From NCBI RefSeq assembly GCF_027921745.1, contig NC_079238.1, positions 3,596,001-3,660,000 of the forward strand: 64,000 nucleotides of DNA, in the 5' to 3' direction. Position numbers and translations under genes: made by a program. The notes beneath the pieces were generated by a model. The model worked only from the letters and a program-made list of their open reading frames with translations. It searched no databases and was not told where the DNA came from. Shown here in pieces: positions 12,823 through 24,699 of this stretch (position 1 is the stretch's first letter; the number at the start of each line of letters is the position of its first letter). The DNA is from Schizosaccharomyces osmophilus. Its lineage: Eukaryota.

Positions 12823-14599
12823 CTAAATAGCGTTTAATAAAGTAGCAACACTCTTGGGATCCAGCTTATCAGTTCCTCGATGCCTTTCTACAACATCGTC
12901 TCCATCATTGGTATTTTCACTTACGCTCGAAGATCCATTGCCAGCATGTGAAGAGAGATCTGACTTGTATGAAAAACCAGAACGCTTGCGATTGTTCCAA
13001 GCATCTTGATTTAACTTTTGGCTAGGAGGAGGAATACTTAATCTACGAGGCAATCCTTCGCGGCCCAGACGAGACAAGCCTCCCATATTATCAATATTTC
13101 GTATGTAAGGTCGCATGGACTCTAAAGTAGCTAAAACTCGACGCTCGTAGTAAGCCTCCTTTTCCACAAAATCACGAATAGACACCCGTAATGTAGTAGA
13201 AGTTTGTTTTTTATACGTTTTGGATTCATTAAGTAAATTCAATGTGACATAAGCCAATTTATGGGAGAGTTCTTTTTCATTTAGTCTTGATATTTCAAGA
13301 GCATCCAGAGCCTCATCTGTACGTGCCTTACTTATCTTTGGATTACTTTGCAGACGATTTGCAGAAGAAAGACAAGAATTTGTTTGATTTTGTGCAGTAA
13401 TTAAATCTCGCATCAAGATGTGTCTATTTGAGAGAATTTCCTAGAATAGAATTAGAAGGATGTACCTTAATGACAAGCATACCTTTGCAACAAATGCATT
13501 ATTGGAAGCATAAGAAAGGGTATCGGCAAACGTAACGAGTCGCGTAGTAGACTGCATCAATCGAACATCAGATAAAGATTGAAGCATTTTCCCTAAGCGA
13601 TTAATGGCACTTGCCATACCTGTATGATCTTCAGCAGAAGCATAGTCAATCATGCTTTGACCCAATTCGATGTGCGATTGTGCTAAGGCTTTTTAGGTTA
13701 GAAAAAATAACATTTAGCAAGAATGAACATACCTTGCTTTCTTGCAACTAGCTTTTTGAGTTTCATTTCAGCATCTTTGGTATTATTGTAGAATGATTTA
13801 ACTATTGGGCGCAACGTCGCCAACTCCTCACAAGAGTCCGGAGGCAAAGGAAGCTGTTTCAGTGCTTTCCTCTTAAGACCAGAGGTAGGATTTCCAGTGT
13901 TTACTAACGGAGAATAACCATAATCACTTTCAACGAATAATTTTAATTCTGGATCATGAAGCAAATTTGGATTTGCTGCAACATAGTCCAACCAAGCTTG
14001 TAAGCCGTTCACCATGTACTGCATGTCGTCTTTACTACCAATGCCAGCTGAAGTGAAAATCTCTGGAACAGCAGGAATTAGACATTCTGGATGAGTAAAC
14101 ATGAAATACCGTGCGAGTTTATTTATTTCTCCATGAGTCCTTCGCACGTTTTTGTAAATTTTTGAGCGATACCCATGAATATTTGCCTAAAATGTTAGTG
14201 TTTAAAATAAGGAAGTCTGTCAAATAAAAATCTTACCCACATATTCATCTTGACAACAGGATCTTTCGCGTTCTCAGCTTCAATTTCTATAATTCGTATT
14301 TTTAATAGTTGCTGATCATCCTTGCTTGTAGGCTCTCGGCCTTTTGTAGAACTAGTCGACGAGTTCATTGTTTCTTCAGCAATAGAGCGATTCGCCTCAA
14401 AAAGCGGAGCTGAAGAAGTATTACCGTTCACCCCTTCCGGGTAAGCATGGGTTTCAGATTCCGATTCAGCGTTAGCATTTGCTGTTGTAGGATCTGATGA
14501 AATGGATACACTTTGAAAATCTTGATGATTGAGGTCCGAAAACCCTCCTTTGAATACATCAGAATTTATAAGATCATTCGCATTGTCGTCTCCCAACAT
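12823..14599 (-). CDS. vps17: Retromer PX-BAR subunit Vps17; 4 exons
   Basis: PX-like RRTHGEINKL...HPECLIPAVP, BAR helices, and C-terminal GGLSRLGRE...QDAW typical of Vps17. Confidence 0.9.
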
Positions 14600-15428
14600 G
14601 TTTCGTTTTAACTATTTGATTCAAGTGAAAACAAGGAATTCTTCACTGGAGTAAGTACCGGGTTCAATTCCAGGAAGCTGTACAGATTACAAAGGAAACT
14701 TTAGAGAAATATCGTAAAAGTATTGGAACCGTCTGAAAATAGCCTGATATGTTTGGAAACTGTTACCAATTAACGAATGGAGATGAAAGAATCCATGGAC
14801 AAGCTCAGGTTGCTCCCACAATCGACTATTTACCAAACATTTGTAAGGGTGCACAATGTATTACTAAAGAGGCAGAACCAACGTGTAAAGATATATTATC
14901 ATTTTATGCGCTTATATCGTAAACAGGTTTTTAACGGTTATTAACGTATTTTGATAAAGTAAACTAGGAGGTCCTCCGTATTTGCGAAATCGTACTGCGA
15001 GCGTATTTGCAATTTCTTTTGCTACGTGTCCCTTACTGTTACCCGAAAGTCTCTAAGTATGTTTTAAACACCAGATGAGTTGGCACTTCTTTTGACTACG
15101 GAATGTAAACGTCTTTACTTTGTTGTATGCATTGAATTTGAAGAACCAGGCAAAAAAGAGAAGATGAAAACGGTTGGTAATTGCACATGTACAAGTGCTA
15201 ATGGAGTATTGTACGAAAATGGGTACCCTGAGCCTGTCGGTAATTACGTACATTTTCGCTAGTAGCCCAAAAAATTGGACGGGACATTGTAATTCAGTTG
15301 TGATGAAGTAAGCCGATTGGAAACAATTAGCCTTACTCATTCCCTGCTAATGAATCAAAAAAACGACAGACAACATTAGAAGGATCCTTGTTAGATTCTA
15401 TTCAGGAGCATTGTTCCATGGAGAATAC

Positions 15429-15435
15429 ATGACGT
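15429..15435 (+). promoter_or_regulatory. M26/CRE (Atf1-Pcr1) heptamer ATGACGT in the vps17-lsb4 divergent intergenic region
   Basis: Exact ATGACGT followed by A. Occupancy not testable from sequence. Confidence 0.4.
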
Positions 15436-16079
15436 ATTTTGTTAAAGAATATTACTACTCCAAGTCACAGGAATTGGTTTACCATAAAAAAAAAGAGAAA
15501 TAGCCTAGGTAGAAGCATATTTCCGTATCTTAGATTCATTTTTACAGTCGCTGTATTACCTTAAGTTTGGCGATCTACATTAAGAGTCGCAGCCAACGCT
15601 TGCCATTTTCGAGTCGTTCGATTTTTTTATAGCAACATAATAGAAGAGGTTTGCCATCTAATACTTTGGATTCGTAGTAGTTTGGCCTTACTAACCGTTT
15701 GAAAGATTGACTTCCCAAAAGGCTCTTGAGATCATTGTTTGCTACGTTCGTCCTATGAGATGAAACCTCTCTAGTTCATTTCGTGCCCATTTCGTCGCAC
15801 GAATCATAATTGAAACATACAGTTATTTTCTACTTTGAAAATAGTAATTCCTATTGTGAAGACCGAAATTTGCGCAAAACATTTTTATGATTTCTCTAGG
15901 GTAGTATAATATAACAAAAATAAAGTATTACTAAATTACGTATTTGTTGAGACATTGCTACTTCATTACGATGTCTATGGTATAGGGAGCAGTCGATCTT
16001 ACGGATGTTTTTTTTTACCTCTGTAAACCCGACCTGACCAGAGCCTAATCTTATCCAAAACAGTAAAAACACTTAGAAT

Positions 16080-17509
16080 ATGGGGCTTCATAATCCTTTG
16101 CCTGCTTCTTTGAAAAGTAAGAAGAAAGCTGTAATTCAATTGAGTGCTTTAGTTAACCTGCTGTAGGTGAATGCAAAAAAACGGGAAAAATTTTAACTAG
16201 TTTTGTGGTATGCTATTACAATTTCGCGTTCTACAATTGAGAATTCGTGATTGTTCTTTTTGCAAATTCATTTGCTAATTCATCTTTTTAGGACCCTAGA
16301 CAAACTCTCGGAGCTCAGGAAGTCATTCCTCCCTCCGTACTGACGAATGCAAAAGGATTGGTGATTATGACAGTTTTAAAAGCTGGCTTTCTATTTTCTG
16401 GAAGAATTGGATCTGGACTAATTGTTGCTCGTCTCGACGATGGCACTTGGTCAGCTCCTTCGGCTGTTATGACTGGTGGAATGGGTGTGGGTGCCCAAAT
16501 TGGTTCCGAGTTAACTGATTTTGTAATTATTTTGAACTCAAAAAGTGCCGTACAAACGTTTGCTCGCTTGGGAAGTATCACCCTTGGCGGAAACTTGTCT
16601 GTTGCTGCCGGTCCTTTAGGCCGAAATGCTGAAGCTGGTGGTGGCGCTAGTGTCGGTGGAATGGCCCCTATATTTTCGTACAGCAAAACAAAGGGTCTTT
16701 TTGCAGGTGTTTCACTCGAAGGTTCGATTTTGGTTGAGCGCCGTGATGCAAACCGCAGTCTTTATAGAGGCGATATAAATGCGAAGCGACTTCTCACTGG
16801 CCAAGTCCCTCAGCCAGCAGCAGCAGATCCTCTTTACAAAGTATTAAATTCTAGAATTTTCAATATGTTCCGAGAATACGAAGGCGACATATATAATGAT
16901 GTTCCCATCTACGCAGAGGATGAGCCTGAAGATATTTGGGGTCCACCTGGATCTCGTACCAGACGTGATACTTTAGATAAAGATTCTGCATACACATCTC
17001 GAAGATCGCAACCTAATCGGAGCAGTCGTCGTTATGCCGACGACGAGGATGAAGACGACTATGACCACTATAGAAACAGGCCGACTTCCAAATCCACTCG
17101 CTCCTCTATTCGCTCTTCTCGTGCTAAAAACGGTGGCTTTCAGTCCCAGTACACTGACACTCCAACCCCAACTTCAACAAATGATTACTATAGTGACGAG
17201 GACCGTAGCTATGACAGCCATGAGGATGATGCTAGTAGCGGATCTTCTCGCTTCTCCTCTAGGAGTTCCGACTATTCTCGTCCATCTCGTCCATCTGCTC
17301 CAAAACCCGTGTTCAATAAAGATAAAATCGGCCCTGATCAAGTTCGTGCATTGTACACATTCACTGGAGAGCAACCTGGGGATTTATCATTCAAGAAAGG
17401 CGACATCATAGAAATTATTCAAAAGAGTGAATCTCATGATGATTGGTGGACAGGTAGGGTTGGATATCATGAAGGTATCTTCCCAGCTAATTATGTTTCT
17501 CTAACATAA
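16080..17509 (+). CDS. lsb4: Ysc84/Lsb3/Lsb4 actin-patch protein (SYLF domain plus C-terminal SH3); two short 5' exons
   Basis: MGLHNPLPASLKS start; KAGFLFSGRIGSG and GLFAGVSLEGS; SH3 ALYTF...DWWTG...GIFPANYV. Confidence 0.93.
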
Positions 17510-17830
17510 TTTTCGATTTCTCCTATGTATGCCCAAATATATAATGATAATTCCCTAAAATTTGATCTTTATTTTAGTTTGTAAATAGAACAGCTTCTGC
17601 TTGACCAATCCGTTTTACTTTATGTTGGTCAACATTGGCTCCCTTCATTTTCTTTCCTTTCTTACACATATTACAATATAAGTAATACAGAATAATTAAA
17701 AGTATGAATATACTAATCCCTTTGCATTTATTTCACTATATTTTAATGTATGATCAGAAGAAACAATCCATTAACGATTTCTAAAGGCATTTGACTATTG
17801 CTCAAAAAAACCAATCAATTAATTGAAAGC

Positions 17831-19842
17831 TTACAAAGGACTAGTTTCCTTTGCTAACCATTTAATGGCTGAGCTTGACAATAAGGGACTTAACGTATCA
17901 TAGACGTGAGCATGGTACCTGTTAATATACTCAATTTCTTCTTTGCAAAGCAGAGTGGGATCAATAAGCTTCTTACAATGGGGAGCCAAAGTTAGATCCC
18001 TCAAAGCGTAGTATTCGCGACCAGCAAACTGATATTTGGTATTAGCTTTGGTGACATATACACAATTTTCAACTCGGAATCCGAAATGGCCGTCTTCGTA
18101 AAATCCTGGCTCATTACTAGTGACCATTCCTGGTTGCAAGGCAACGGTATTAAAAACGTCACGTGAACCAATACCAATAGGAAGTTCGTGAACATTAAGG
18201 AAACTACCTACACCGTGTCCAGTACCGTGCAAATAGTCCAATCCCCATTGCCAAAGATGCTGACGTGCCAAGGAATCAATCTGAAAGCCAGTAGTACCTT
18301 TAGGGAACACTATATTTATAATTGCAACGTATCCTTTCAAAACCAATGTGGCTGATTGACGCTCAAATTCAGTAGGTTCCCTGAAATGCCATGTTCTAGT
18401 TACATCAGTGGTTCCATCTCTATATTGAGCACCTGAATCGCAGAGATAAATTTTTGAAGGGTCAATGATAGCGCTTCCAGTCGCAGGAGGCGAGTAATGA
18501 ATGATAGCTCCGTTCGACCCAGTGGAACTAATTGTCTCGAACGATAAGTTAACGAAGTGATCATTCTTTCTTCTGAATGATTCAAGCTTCGTGGCTGCGT
18601 CATATTCATTGATTTTACCATCGGAATGAAGAAACTCTTCAAGCCATGCAAAATACTCGACTAAAGCAGCACCATCTCGAACATGACAATCTTTCATACC
18701 CTTCAACTCAATGTCATTTTTAATTCCCTTGGCATGAGCGATCGGGCTAACGATGGGGTAAACAGTTGCTTCGCCAAAGGAAGTAGCAATACACCAAGAA
18801 GTCTTAGTTGAGACACCGACATGACTTAAATAACATTCGTTCGCATCCTTAAAAATTCTAGAATAGGGTCGGACCTCAGCATACTTACTAATATGAGCGT
18901 TGACCTCAGGAGTAAGTTTGGCCTCATCCACGTAAAAGTAAGCTTTGTCATGGGTGATAAAAGAGTAGGCATAGAAGACCGGATTATAAGGAACATCAGC
19001 TCCACGGAGATTGTAAAGCCAGGCAACTTCATCAAGCATAGACACAACAAATGCTTCAAGACCTTCCTTGTTCATAGCCTCCCGCAAAATCTTAAGCTTT
19101 TCCGAAACATCCATTCCTGCATATTTGAGTTCTTGAATAAAGAGCTTTTCACAAGGAGGCTTGGGACGAGATTCACCCCAAACTTGGTCAACCAAATTTG
19201 TATGATCACCACATAAGTATGAGCCTTTTTGCACATAAAGCATTTCACGTAATTTTCTAGCATCAGGGAAGGTAATGAGGCTAGAGTCTATACCAATTTT
19301 CTCGGTGACTTTGCTTTGCTGAGCACAATATGCTTGCCAAGTAGGAACATTAGCAAATCCCTGTTTCATCAAAGTCCAATTTTCATCCAGTTGTTGAGAA
19401 GCTTGGTTAAAATAACGGCCATCGGTAAAAAGAGCTGCGGAGTTTAATCCAATAACAGCACATCCAGCGGACCCATCAAAGCTATGCAATGTTAGAACTT
19501 ATCTAAATGCAGATAATTGTTGTCTCCCCATACCCACTGATGAAAGCTCTTCTGGATTCTGACTCGGAGGTGTATTCTGAAGCATGAGACTATGTCCAAA
19601 AGGTAAGTAAAAGAATACTAAAATCAATAAAAGAATTTTAAGGACTATTTTATAAAGAAGCTGATGAATAGGGAAAACCATTTTCGAGAAGTTCAGTATC
19701 CACTTTTTCAATACGATATAGCAGAAGTAAATATCACTACATTCATACTTACATCTTCAGAAGGAACCACATAAAAAGAGTATTCACACTCCTTCATGAG
19801 AGCTCGCAATTTAGACAAACGATCAGTAGTATGTACAACCAT
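17831..19842 (-). CDS. fra1: Xaa-Pro aminopeptidase P (M24B), Fra1; 3 exons
   Basis: ATG 19842 (MVVHTTDRLSKLRALM...VPSED|SHASEY). Metal-binding DSGAQYRDGTTDVTRT, HGTGHGVG, NEPGFY and GFRVEN. Confidence 0.9.
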
Positions 19843-20242
19843 ATTCAATGAAAAGTAGGTGCACAATCACTAAGAAATTACGGAAAATGAAAGGGAAAAG
19901 ATGTGAAGCTATTAATTTCCAGAAAATTAACAAAGAGTTATTGACTCGGAATTAGTGCTATTTGATACTTTATTCCTTATATTGGTATCCGGCTGTGAGA
20001 AGGTCGTTTGAATAGGTAGTTACTGAACGAAGCAAGCGTTTTGCTACTTTGAGCTTGATTTTAAGCGAGGTTACATATTTACCATGCTCTCGTTTAGCCT
20101 GGCGCTTATTTTGGTAGGACCACTATTTACTACAGTAATACTATTGAAACTCCATGTACACAAAACACCATAGACATTAATCGGAAGTCTAAGAAGAAGG
20201 AGATACGAGATTACTTATATTTATGATAATATTTTTTGACTA

Positions 20243-23200
20243 ATGGAAGGAGATGAATTAGCATATGCAAATGAAGTACGACTAATGCAAAGCGCCAGCA
20301 GTTAACTAACAAATACCATCGATTAGCTTGTACATAACTTATACTCTGGGACTTTAGATCCAGCTTCTATCACAGTTGTTGAAAAGGACCTACAAAGGAT
20401 TCAGAAGTCCGAGTCTGGATGGGCCATTGGACTATCGATGCTACAAAGTTCGGTACGCAGAAAACATGATTTGATTAATGTTTAGCTTTATTAACTGATT
20501 CTTATTTCCAAGGATGTCTATCAACAATTTTTTGGAGCTCTGACATTGCAAATGAAAATTAATACTCAGTGGGAATCTCTAGATGGAATTAGTCGAACGC
20601 AGTTATCTCATCGGCTGTTAGAAAAATTACTGAATAAGGAACAACTAACAAGCCTTGTTGAACGTAAGGTTATATGTACTTTAGCAGCGTTATCCATTAA
20701 GTGTGAACTCAACGAACAAGCTCACTTTACATTCTGGATCATTTACAGTTTATACTACAATGACTATAATGTTTTGACGGACCTTTCAAGTTTGTCTGAC
20801 GTTCTTCCACCGCTTCCAGCAACTGCCTACTCTTCGCAAAACGCCTATCTAGCTACTCTCTTCTTGAATGAACTTTTTCTTGAACTGTCATCGTCCATAT
20901 ATACGAAAGAAAACGAAGATTTAATTTTCAAAAGATTTTTTAATTCTTGCTCCGATTTTATTATCATAATTTTAACGTCTGTTTTCCAAACCTGTCCATT
21001 CCAATTATCAGAAAAAAGCAGTGTTCAAGCCTTAGAGCAAGCCTTAAATTGTGTGATTTCTTTATCGGCCTATCTTCAAAAGAACTCTGTTTCCTTAATC
21101 ATTGGTCTTCCCCAGCTTGCAGAATGCATAGATTCCACTGTAAATTGCCTTGCATTGGATCCTGTTTCAGAAAAGGCAATGAATACACTAAGCGATCTTT
21201 TGGCAAGTTATTCCCATTTAGTATCTCAAAATACCATCCAAAAACTTTGGGATATTTTGGTTGGAGAATGGGGCGAGACTCGCTTAAAGCAGGAGTTAGA
21301 CCAAGCAGACAGTGAAGAGGAAAATGACTTTTCTTTCTTGAACTTGATAATTGGGTTTTCAGAGTCCATGCTCAATTATATCATTGAGAACATTCAAGAG
21401 GAAAAGTGTATTAAGATACTGTACATTTTGGTTTCGCTCTTAGGGTTTCCTGGTTACGCAATTGCAGAAGAAGAAGTAAGCTGGCGTACTTTGGAATTTT
21501 GGACAACTTTTATTGAAGACTTTGCTATGAGTGACTCCTTTTCTGATCCTATAAGAAGTAATGCTTTTCAAGGACTCGCATTTTCTGCGATAGACAGAGT
21601 ATACTACAAAATGTTGCTTCCTTCTAGTACTCAATGGGAAGAATGGCCTTCAAACATCCGGGATGCCTTTCACAGCTATCGAAGGGATTTAGGCGATTTA
21701 TTAGAGAGCTCTTATTCTATAATTGGCGAGAAAATGCTTACTATGTATGTATCCAATATTGAGTCTCTACTGCAAGATGACATTGAGGATTGGCGGCCAC
21801 TTGAGGCTTCTTTTTATTGCTTAACATGTATCCTAGATAACGAAACTAGCGAAAATGAGTATCTTAATTCTTGGCTGATACGACTTTTTAACACCAATTT
21901 TCCAGTCAAAGCGGCTGGGTTTGGTAATCCTCTACTATTAAAAACTACCTCTCAGATTCTCAGTGATGCTTCTTCGTTTCTTCAAAAGAACCCCCAATAC
22001 CTAAACATCTCATTGCCCGTTCTTTTTGATGCTCTTAATATTCCAGACAGCTCTTTACAAATTAGTGCCTCCCGTTCGATTCATTCCCTATGCACAACAT
22101 GCGCCGTACATTTAGTTTCCGAAGTCGAAGCTTTTGTGTGTTTGGTAGAGAATTTAACTCAAAGCCTTGTTGAATACCCCTTTGTCCTTGAACGTATATA
22201 CAGTTCGGTTGGATTCGTAATTAACAGCTTATATTCTTTGGATTCCCAAACTTTATATTTAACAAGATTACTTTCATGCTTGGCATCTCCTTTACAACCA
22301 AATAATTATCCAGATCTCGATACCTTTGAGAATGTCATAAAAGCATGTCTTCAAAGTTTGGTTGGTTTGGCAATTAGCCAAAGTCCTTCAAATAATAAAT
22401 CTGTGGTTGACATTGAGAAAGTTGAAGAAAATGGTCTATTTTGGAGCAAGCCTCAAATAATATCTTTTCAAGAAAAAGTTATGTCCTTTCTATCCTATAC
22501 TGAGTCTTCGGCCTTACAATATGCGGATGTTGTTGGAGTAAGTAGCTCTTTCTAAAAGTTTCATTAAGAATATACTAACAGTCAGTTAATTTGCAAAATC
22601 ATTATTGCTGGATTGAACGAGTTAGAGCCTTCACCATTCTCTTTACATATATCTGCCACAGTCCAATATTTTTGCACTAGATTTACTGAGTTTCCCGCCT
22701 CTATTCTGTTAACCTTAGCTTCAGCTATTTTGACATCTCCATATGGTCGAAACTTTATGACGGAGGATTTGCTACAGAGCATGATTATGGCAATACGAAG
22801 CCGCGTTATGTTGAATGATGAAGGTAAGTTATGGCTTGTATTTCTCATTAACGATTTGCAGAGTTTTTCGAAAATAATATAGACATAACGATTGAACTAT
22901 ATCACTTCTCTACTATCTTTTACCAAAAACATCCAAGTTTTTTAGAGATACGATATTTGGAATTTCTACAGTTTTTGTTAGAAAAAGCGATATACACTTT
23001 GTGTAAGCCTGAACGCTTGCTTGAATCTGCGTCAGGGCAATTTTTGGTATGTAAACGACGATAGGCTTTCAGCTAATACATGTTATAGTCTGCTTTTATC
23101 AGTATAGAACTAAATTCAGAGTCAAATGAAGTACACAAAACTTTGTTGGATTCGATTCGAATGCCACTGATTACAAAAATCCTACTGGTATGGAAAACTT

Positions 23201-23542
23201 TTTCAGATAACAATTAATACAAAAATAGGGTTTTGGTGGAGGTGCTTCCAGAAGTTCGCTTCCTCTTTTGTCCGATATCTTAGGAAAACTGAAGACACAG
23301 AATTTCGGGGCCACAAAGACTATCCTTACTCAACTATTATCTTGTGAAGGGTTTCCATCTAGCAAAGCCAATAATGAAGTGAAGCATCGGTTTTTACAGG
23401 ATTTATTAAAGTAAGTTTATAAAGTGAGAGACATGGCTGACGCCCTTTTAGAGTCAGGATTAAAGATAAAGTCAAAGAATTTTGGATTATAACTAAGGGT
23501 TTCGAGTCTACACCCTATGGAAATTCTAGTTGGACCTTTTGA
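20243..23542 (+). CDS. kap111: Importin-beta family karyopherin (Mtr10/transportin-SR-like); multi-exon
   Basis: Long HEAT-like helical ORF with QQFFGALTLQMKI, TLEFW and FHSYRRDLGDLL. Spliced last exon ends ...STPYGNSSWTF*. Confidence 0.8.
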
Positions 23543-23770
23543 AGCTACTGCTGAAGGACGAAATGATATAGCAAGGTTTTTAACCCTTTCAAAAGTCCAT
23601 AATACAGTCGGTGGGAAAACTGCTTTCTTTGACAATCTCATAAAATTTAATTTGGGTAAAAGTATATTTAATATTTTTAGTATGTTAATAAATTAAAACG
23701 AATGTAAGCATATGAATTTCTTGACCATCAACATCTATATACTTCCTTTCACAAAAAATTGGCTAGTAAA

Positions 23771-24484
23771 ATGGAACCATACATCCTTCCCTTTACGACG
23801 CTGGATAATGGGAAGTCTGCTAAGGTGGAATATCCATTTTTTATACATTCTTGTAGCATTTCACTGTTAATAACTAGCATGATCAGCTGTATAGACAGAA
23901 ATGATGCACAGTATGGTTTACTAATTTGTCCTGAAAAGGATCTGACAAGCATTGAGGAGACCATTATAAAAAACGAAGGAGTTTTCGATACACTGTTTTT
24001 GAATTCTTCTAATTCAATTGGATACCTTCAATTCCTCGACAAAATTGAGATTTTGCCATTACAGAATACGAAGTCTTTAAGCAACGTAATAAATGAAGCA
24101 GCGAATCAAAAAGGAAAGAATGTAATAGGAATAACTAATATTTCTTCGATGTTAAATACTGAAAGCACTTTGAACGCTGCTTCATTTTCTTCAACACTCG
24201 CCGATGTAATTGAAAAGTGTTCGCCATTAATTATAAACGAAACTGAAGTTTTAGAAACGCCTATACCCATCAGTAATTCTATGAAGCATGAGAACGTTAC
24301 TCTAGAGAACGTATACTCGTTATGGATCCCTGTTTATTTAAAAGTCTCCATTGATGCTGAGAATCCTAGCATATCAAGAGCAAGTTTTCATAGTCGTGAA
24401 TTCTCTCAGACATCAGAGTGGAAATCAAACACCTTTTTTCAAGACTTAAAAATAAATTTGCATGAAAGTTATAATGACACCTAG
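23771..24484 (+). CDS. Lineage-restricted ~237-aa protein (SPAC22G7.03-like position); possible degenerate RecA-fold
   Basis: Uninterrupted ORF with first ATG at 23771 between kap111 and pan2. No standard motif recognised with certainty. Confidence 0.75.
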   Translation: MEPYILPFTTLDNGKSAKVEYPFFIHSCSISLLITSMISCIDRNDAQYGLLICPEKDLTSIEETIIKNEGVFDTLFLNSSNSIGYLQFLDKIEILPLQNTKSLSNVINEAANQKGKNVIGITNISSMLNTESTLNAASFSSTLADVIEKCSPLIINETEVLETPIPISNSMKHENVTLENVYSLWIPVYLKVSIDAENPSISRASFHSREFSQTSEWKSNTFFQDLKINLHESYNDT

Positions 24485-24699
24485 AACGGTTGGGTTTATG
24501 TAAAAGAAAATAGCAGTAATTTGTAACCTCTAGACCGAATGTTTAATTTTACGACGTCAAAATAGTAGAAAGATATTCAATTCGTACTCTAATTTTCGAA
24601 ATATTCCTTCGAAACCAGGTAATTTTTTCCCGTTAAATGACCCTTCGTACATACTCTCTACCTTCTAACCAAGTCTCTTCGTCTTTGTATCAATGAGAC

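Noticed and set aside
15053..15340. Short ORFs on both strands in the vps17-lsb4 gap
   Set aside because: No recognisable homology or convincing gene structure; consistent with chance ORFs.
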